Positions 8,948 through 16,900 of a DNA stretch of 63,514 nucleotides are shown here, piece by piece (position 1 is the first letter of the stretch; the number at the start of each line of letters is the position of its first letter). The notes under the pieces are model-generated. The model worked only from the letters and a program-made list of their open reading frames with translations, was not told the DNA's origin and did no database searches. The DNA comes from a virus (lineage: Duplodnaviria; Caudoviricetes): positions 1 to 63,514 of the IMG/VR virus record IMGVR_UViG_3300025086_000018. One strand, 5' to 3'. The translations under genes and the position numbers were made by a program.

Positions 8948-10781
8948 TATTACCGTTTACATGAAGTACGCTAAGTACTTACCAAAATTAAACCGAAGAG
9001 AAACATGGCATGAACTTGTTACTAGAAATAAAGACATGCATATTAAAAAGTATCCTGATTTAAAAGACCAGATCGAAGAAACATATAAATTAGTTTATGA
9101 AAAGAAAGTTTTACCTTCTATGCGATCGCTACAATTTGGTGGTAAACCTATTGAGATTAGTCCTAATAGGGTATATAATTGCGCATATCTACCTATCGAT
9201 AGTGTTGATTCGTTTAATGAGATAATGTTTTTATTATTAGGTGGTACTGGTGTAGGTTACTCAGTACAGAAACATCACGTTGACAAACTACCTATGATTA
9301 GTAAACCTTATGAAAAAAGAACTAGAAGATTTTTAATAGGTGACTCAATTGAAGGTTGGGCTGATGCTATTAAAGTATTAATGAAATCATATCTTGGTGA
9401 CAAAAGAAGTTCACGTATAGAGTTTGACTACTCTGATATACGCCCTAAGGGTGCAATGTTAGTAACGTCTGGTGGTAAAGCACCTGGACCTCAACCACTG
9501 AAAGAATGTATAGTAAAAATAACAGGAGTCTTAGATTCAAAGGAGGAAACAGATACGCTCTCCACTATAGAAACACACGATATAGTTTGCCATATTGCAG
9601 ACGCTGTCTTAGCTGGTGGGATTCGTCGAGCAGCTCTTATAAGCTTGTTCTCAGCGGACGACGACGAGATGATCTCAGCGAAGTCTGGAAATTGGTGGGA
9701 AACAAACCCACAAAGAGGTAGAGCTAATAACTCTGCTGTACTTATGAGACATAAAATAACTAAAGAGTTTTTTATGGATCTGTGGAAACGTGTAGAACTA
9801 TCAGGAGCAGGTGAACCTGGAATATATTTTAACAACGACAAAGACTGGGGTACAAACCCTTGTTGTGAAATAGCTTTACGACCATATCAGTTTTGTAACC
9901 TATGTGAAGTAAATGCTAGTGATATTGAATCACAAGATGAGTTAAACAACAGAGTGAAAGCAGCTGCGTTTATAGGAACGTTACAAGCTGGATATACGGA
10001 CTTTCACTACTTAAGAGACGTATGGAAAGAAACAACAGAAAAAGAAGCATTAATAGGAGTGTCGATGACGGGTATAGGATCTGGCAGGGTGTTAGGATAC
10101 GACATGCAGAAAGCCGCTCAATTAGTAAAACGAGAAAACGCAAGAGTCGCCAAAGCGATTGGGATTAATAATGCTGCAAGATGCACAACCGTGAAGCCTG
10201 CAGGGACAACATCTCTGGCGCTAGGAACCTCATCTGGTATTCACGCATGGCACAATGATTATTATCTGCGTAGGATCAGGGTTGGTAAAAACGAAAGTAT
10301 ATACAAATACTTAGTTGAGAACCATCCATTATTGGTTGAAGATGAGTTTTTCAGACCTCATGACACAGCTGTAATTAGTATACCACAGAAAGCTCCGGCT
10401 GGATCTATACTTAGAACTGAATCACCTTTTCAATTACTTGAACGTATAAAGAAGGTTGCTACAGAGTGGGTTGCACCTGGTCATAGAAAAGGATCTAACA
10501 CTCACAATGTTTCTGCTACGGTCAGTTTAAAAGCTGAAGAGTGGGAAGACGCAGGTGAATGGATGTGGGATAACAGAAAACACTATAATGGTTTATCTGT
10601 ATTACCATTTGATGGTGGAACATATACTCAAGCCCCTTTCGAGGACATTGATGAAGGAACCTACATAAATAGGTTACAACATTTAAAAGATATAAATTTA
10701 GAACATGTTATCGAAACTGAAGACAACACTGATCTTAGTGGTGAGCTTGCTTGCGCTGGTGGTGCTTGTGAAATTACTTAA
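8919..10781 (+). CDS. nrdJ: Class II (adenosylcobalamin-dependent) ribonucleotide reductase
   Basis: PSMRSLQ, YNCAY, GGTGVG, TNPCCEI, FCNL, TTVKPAGT, C-terminal CAGGAC; no beta-subunit gene nearby. Confidence 0.9.
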   Translation: MELSNQILSDITVYMKYAKYLPKLNRRETWHELVTRNKDMHIKKYPDLKDQIEETYKLVYEKKVLPSMRSLQFGGKPIEISPNRVYNCAYLPIDSVDSFNEIMFLLLGGTGVGYSVQKHHVDKLPMISKPYEKRTRRFLIGDSIEGWADAIKVLMKSYLGDKRSSRIEFDYSDIRPKGAMLVTSGGKAPGPQPLKECIVKITGVLDSKEETDTLSTIETHDIVCHIADAVLAGGIRRAALISLFSADDDEMISAKSGNWWETNPQRGRANNSAVLMRHKITKEFFMDLWKRVELSGAGEPGIYFNNDKDWGTNPCCEIALRPYQFCNLCEVNASDIESQDELNNRVKAAAFIGTLQAGYTDFHYLRDVWKETTEKEALIGVSMTGIGSGRVLGYDMQKAAQLVKRENARVAKAIGINNAARCTTVKPAGTTSLALGTSSGIHAWHNDYYLRRIRVGKNESIYKYLVENHPLLVEDEFFRPHDTAVISIPQKAPAGSILRTESPFQLLERIKKVATEWVAPGHRKGSNTHNVSATVSLKAEEWEDAGEWMWDNRKHYNGLSVLPFDGGTYTQAPFEDIDEGTYINRLQHLKDINLEHVIETEDNTDLSGELACAGGACEIT

Positions 10782-10798
10782 TTTTTAAAACAAATATT

Positions 10799-10837
10799 AT
10801 GTGTCCATATTGTAATGGCTACTGTGGTAGCTGCTAA
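10799..10837 (+). CDS. Candidate 12-aa Cys-rich micropeptide MCPYCNGYCGSC
   Basis: ATG after an A-rich leader, CxxC-x3-CxxC, stop immediately before the terminator. Confidence 0.45.
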   Translation: MCPYCNGYCGSC

Positions 10838-10840
10838 ATA

Positions 10841-10870
10841 AAAAAGGGAGGTCTTGCGGCCTCCCTTTTT
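10841..10870. terminator. Bidirectional intrinsic terminator at the convergence of replication and late blocks
   Basis: AAAAAGGGAGGTC-TTGC-GGCCTCCCTTTTT. Confidence 0.85.
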
Positions 10871-10913
10871 GGTTACAGGAACTTTGGGTATGGTGCCCAG
10901 TTTGTTTGTTCCT

Positions 10914-13900
10914 TTATCTTTTTCTTACTGTAACTTTTCTTTTCTTTCTATTCCCAGACTTTTGCCTTGCGGTAAGTTTGGGTTTTTTCTTTTTAGTAGT
11001 TTTAGTAGACGAGGTTTTTTCTTCTAACGACCAACTAGGCCAACCTAATAACATTGCTACTGATTGCCACCACTCTGTTTCTTCGTTCATAGCAGAGTTT
11101 ATATTATCAAACTTTTGAAGTACTCTATCTAAAGGTAAATTAGTAGTAGCTGATATAACTTTAGCTGCAGCATCATAAGCAGGGTTATCTAAACTAAACC
11201 CTTTATCAAACATTTCTTGTCTACGTTTCTTACTATCAAACAGCCACAACGCTTGTCTCATACGAGATATCTTAGAACTTATTGGTGGAGAAAACTGTAG
11301 TAACTTCCAAACAGAATCTACATACTCAGGCCTTGATCTACCTGATCTTTCATATATATCGTATATAAAATTCTTAATAACAGATACTGCTGTTCCTCCC
11401 ATACCTAGTCCACGTAAAGTAGAATCTAACATACCATTAGCTGTTTTTAAATACTTCTTATTCTTTTCTTCTTCATCATCTCCATCACCAAATCCTAGAG
11501 CAAATACAGCTTGTTGTAAAGCATTGAATATAATATTTTGAATTACACCGTAGTATATTATTTTACTTATATTAGTTTTTCTATCACCTCTGCCATTGAC
11601 TAAATCTTGAAAAGCTCTTTTCTGTATACGAGCATACTGCATAGGTGTATTAGCAAACATAAGTATTAAACGACCAGCGTCACTAGCTTGTTGTTGAGAT
11701 ATTTTATCAGGTCTACTAGACTGCTGGTTTTCCTCAGCAATCTCTCTGAATTCCTGCATAGCCTGCGCTTCAGCATCTTTGAGCTTCATTCCATCTTCGA
11801 CTAAACTATTTATTCTATTTCTATAAAACGTAGCACCACCCGAAGCTATAGCAAAACTATCTGCATATTGAGTAGGTAAATAACCTTTTTGTAATATGTA
11901 ATTTAAAACTGCTTTAGCTTTATTCTGTGACGTTTTAGCAGCATCAGCTATTTCACTTTCAGATATATTAATTCTTAAACCATTACGTCTATCCATTAAG
12001 AAGTCTGAGTTCATTAGCTTTTTGAAATCACTCCAGTACTGAGGTTGATTAGCAAAAGCTTTACCTGCTTGTATAGGATTATTAAAACTCCAGTTCATAA
12101 AGTTTATACTAGATATAGTTTGAAGCACAGCTGATCTCATGTTAAAGAACATTATAGCTCCATTACTAGCATTGATGTAATCGAGTATTTTATTACTTAA
12201 CCTATTACCACTAGACAATCTGTTCTTACCAGACTTCATTCTACTTAAAACATTTTCTAATGCTTCTCTATACTTAGCTCCATATATAGCTTCTAGCTTA
12301 TTTAAATTATCTTGATTATATATTTGATCAACATTATTCTGCCATTGCTCTAAGAACTTATCTCTTTTAGTTGTATTAAGTAGATCTAGTAAATCTGTAG
12401 TTATAGTACCTACTAACCAGCTTTGCCCTGGCTTACCATATCCATCACCTTTTGTTATAGTTAATATTTGATCTGCAAAAACTTTTAATTGAGGATCATT
12501 TTCTACTATATCAGATAATTCTTTTGAATCTGTATCAGATAGTCCAGGTACTTTTTGTCCTGTCTTATTCCATAAGTAAACTCTAACTGCTTGTTCATTA
12601 GTAAAACCAGAGTCTGTCTTTTTTCTTAAATTAGCAGGTACATTTAATTTTTTCTTTAAAGCATTAAAGTCTTTCATTAAATTTAACCTAGCAGTAGAAA
12701 AATTATCCATCGCTCTAGCATATGGATCTAATACATGTTGCTTGTACCAAGCCATCTGTGCATCACCTAAAGCTCCTTTAGCTAAGGTCTTATATATTAA
12801 TCCTTGAAAATCTTCAGCTGAATAAGGTATCCAGAATTTACCTTTACCTTTGTTAGCGCCTCTTACTTGAGCTTTAGCTTTAGAATATTTCTTTTGTTTA
12901 CCTATACCTGTAGTGTTTTCTAACAGCTTATTAAAATCACTATTTAAGTTCTTTGATTCTAACACGTGTGCTTGCTGTACTTTAGACTTAACATCTATGA
13001 CATCAAGAGCATCTTGAACTGCTTTAACATTTTGATAAGCATCATCTGCAAAGTAGAAATCATTAAACCCTTCAGCTGCTTTATCTATTATCCAATTAGC
13101 TTTTGCTTCACCTGATGAATTACCTAATCCTACTATGTTTTCTTTTTTAAATTCTAAACCTTCTGATTTTAAAAATTCATATATAGCTTCTTGAGCTTGC
13201 GGTGATCTAGCTGTAAGAACATATAAGTCTTCATTACCTCTAGAGTTTTTAATAGTTTCAGCTACTTTAAACAATGGTCCACGTTTACCTTCTTTTACTA
13301 TATCAAAGTCAGAAAAATCCATTACAGCTCCTTCTTGAACTAGTCTAGCTCCGTCACTAGCAAATTGTTCTGCTGTTAATTCTCCTTGAGATCCATCTTT
13401 TTTAGTGTAAAATACTTTACTATTTGTTTGAGCAAGTGTATCATCAAAATCAAATACTCTTATTTTCTTATTAGTTTTCTTAGTCTTTCTAGCGTTTGCT
13501 AAAGCTTCATCTATAGTCTTTGCTTTGCTTAGTATATCTTCAGGACTCATGTTGTCATCAACATTAAGAACTTTAGATTCATTAAGCATTGAAACGTTTT
13601 CATTAGCAGACTTTTGTATGTCACTAGCTAGTGGTAAGAAAGCGTCTAACTCTGCCTTAGCATCTTCTATTGACTTACCATTTTCAACTTCAGCAACTAA
13701 ATTGTTTTGGAAAGCAACTACAGCTGTATTGTTTTTAAGTCTACCAGGCACAGGTAATCCATAATCTTCCATCATAGATTTACCACTAATTAGATTTGTT
13801 ATAGTATTACCGTTAATACCAGCTTTAGATAATCTTATTATTGGATCATTAAATATACTATAACCAGTAGGTATAGTAGCATCTAACTTAGCCATATCTA

Positions 13901-16900
13901 ATAATTCATCTGAAGCTTTTGATAGCTGAGTCTGTGAATAGTTTTTTCTAATAAAAGGAAATATTTCGTCTACATTTTTATTAACTATAGCTCCTATAAG
14001 CGTAGCACCTATTACAGATGCTGGTGGATTATGTTCTTCTCTATATTTCTCTCCTGTTCTTTGTTTCTTAGACTTACCATACTCCATGACATCAGAAACA
14101 TTATCAAACCTAGCAGCAATTTTTATTAGTCCAGCAGTTGCTTGATATCCTTGAGCAATAAGCAAAGCTGCTAGAGCTGGATTCATTCCCTCTTTCACAG
14201 CGTTACCTAATTGTTTAGAAACATCTTCAAGAATATCCATGTTCATATCACTTTGTGGTTTATTCTTGTTAAACTCTTTTCGAGTAATCTTTCCTTTGAC
14301 CCTTATTCTTTTTGGTTTTTGTTTGTCGTCTCTTGCCTCTGCAGCTTTTAGCGCTGCTATATACGCAGGATCAGTAACACCATAATATAATCTACCTCTT
14401 TGTGCAACTAAATTAGTTAACGGTAAACCTTCCTTATCAACCGGTGGCGAAAAAGTTTTATTACCATTTTTATCTATACCTTTTTCTACACCTTTAGCAA
14501 ACTTCCCATTAGTTAACTTATACCAAACATCTCCTTTAACTGCTTTAATATTATTATCTGCAAGATACATATCTAGCATAGGTACCTTACCAACTCTCAT
14601 TCTAATAGCACCAGATGAAGCTGGCATAGCTGCTTTAAATACATTAGAACTTAAACCATATTTTACTATAGCTTCTAGTATTGCTATTTGTTTACCTATT
14701 CTATTCTCATCATTAACAGTTATCTTAGGTAATCCTAGTATCTTAGCAACATCATTAATAGATCTAGCATTAGAAAGTTTATCATATAATTTTCTTTGCT
14801 CTGGTGTTACTTTATTTAAAGACTCAGAGAACATTACTTGAGCTTTACCTTCAGCCAAAGCTTGTGGTATATCTCTACCTCGTTTTTCTAATTCAGCTCT
14901 TACTTCTTGATTAGAAAGCATACGCTCTGTTTGAGCTACTAAAGCTTTTATTCTAGCACTAGTATTTCTATCACTTATATTAGGTGTACCAGCTGGAGTA
15001 ATACCAAATATTTCTTTAAACTGAGATTGAGTTATGTCATTACGTTTTTCTTGAACAGCAAGTCCAGCTTTACTACCTGTAACGGACATTGCTACTCTTT
15101 TCGTTTTCTTATATAACTTATCTAATAAAACCTTTTGAACACCAGTTGAAGTACCACTACGGGTTGCACCCTCAGGCATCATCGTCATTAAAGCTTCTAC
15201 ATTTTTGTTGATAAAGTTTTGAGCATTAGCTACATCTCCTTTAGTTAAGTTACCTGTTTTAGGTTTTATACCAAACAACTCTTGAACTTTATCAATAGCT
15301 ATATTTTTTAAGGTTTTAAAATCTAAATCTGCTATAGGTAAATTATCTATTTCACTTTTAATTTCTTGTACAGCTTGATCTAATGTTTCTTTTTGATCCT
15401 CATTAGTAACTAACCTGTTTGCCAATTTAATTCCTCTTTGAGATTGATCTATTTTTTTGTTATCTTCTTTAACTATATCAGCGGTTTCTTCTGCGGCTAT
15501 ATCTTTAGCTTCTGTTATATCATCTGTAAACTCTTGGTCAAATGTATCTGTAGCTAACTTATTAGCCCTTAAATTTAGTCTATTACTTAAGAATTTATCT
15601 AAGTCTTGTTTGCTAGGATCAAACTCTTGTTGAATTAACGTACTAGCCATAGTAGTTAAATCATTTTTAAAGTCATCTCTTGTAACACCTTTTCTTAAAT
15701 CTTCTGGTACTTTGTCATATAATCTTCTAGTTGTAGACTCTATCATACCTCCTATGTCTTGACCAAACTTTGATCTAGTAATATCAGTAACAAAATTACC
15801 GTCTTTATCTTTAGCTAGATTCTCGTTTAAAAATCTTGTTCTACCAGATGGTTTAGACATGTCAAAGTCTTTAGACATTTCAGCTAAGCTAGAAGATTCT
15901 TTTACTTCTTCTTTCTTTTCGTCGTCATCTATTCTAGCTATGTCATATTTCTTAGCAGACTTTTGAAAACTATTTAAATAACCAAATACATCTTTACCCG
16001 TCTGCATTGGAAACAACCAAGCTTGATTAGATGGGTTAAATTTATTAACTAAGGTAGATAAAGTATTTTTAATACCATACATATTGTTTAAGCCAGAAGC
16101 TGTTAATACTCCTATGTTTACAAAATCCCCATATAAATTAAGTAATTCTTCAACATTAACTCCTTTATCTGTAGTGTATAATTCTTTTCTAGCATTAAAG
16201 TTATCGTACTGTTCTTGAGTTATTTTGTTTAACGCTAATTTTTCTTTCATTAAACCATCAAGCTCTGTTATAGCTGTATTAGCTTGTCCAACTACAACGT
16301 TATCTTTAACAATACCAGCTTTTCTATTTTGAATATGTAACAACTCATGCATTGGTGCTACTGCAGCTATCTCAGATTCAGTTATTAAATCTGTGTTAGC
16401 CATACCTCGTTTTATGTTTTCTTGAAATATAAATATATCGTTACCAATATTAGCCGCATTAGAACCCTTATCATAAGCAGCTACAACCGCTTTTGCATCA
16501 GCATCACTTAACCCTTTTCTTTTTAAACTTTCTATATCGGGTTTGTTTTCTCCTTCATATTTAGTAAAGCCACCATCATTCATAGCTTGATTCATTTCTA
16601 CAACATCAGTGTAAAAATCATTTAACCCCATATTATGTTCTAGTTGTGCTGGATCGGAATTGTCTTTAGCAGCTTCTTGTCTGTTTCTAGCTTCTCTTGA
16701 AAGTAAATCATTACGTCTAGCATCTACTTTTTTATACTCAGCAACTAACTTGTCTCTATTTTTTTTAGTTGCCTTAGATATACCTTGAGCAGCATTAGAT
16801 CTTATATCTTTTAATAGCTTTCTTTTTTTAGCATTAAGATTAAATAAAGATTTAACCTCAGTGTCGCTCATTCTAGCCAGCTTCTGAGTCTTCATAACGT

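Noticed and set aside
1-10781. Integrase, repressor or DNA polymerase gene
   Set aside because: No recombinase catalytic or PolA/PolB motifs recognised in any ORF; absence judged by eye and needs an HMM search to confirm
13430-13470. DFDD in the giant protein as a crAss-type virion RNA polymerase DxDxD site
   Set aside because: Context is hhhDxDxT followed by HAD motifs II-IV; no DxDxD or other two-barrel RNAP motif recognised
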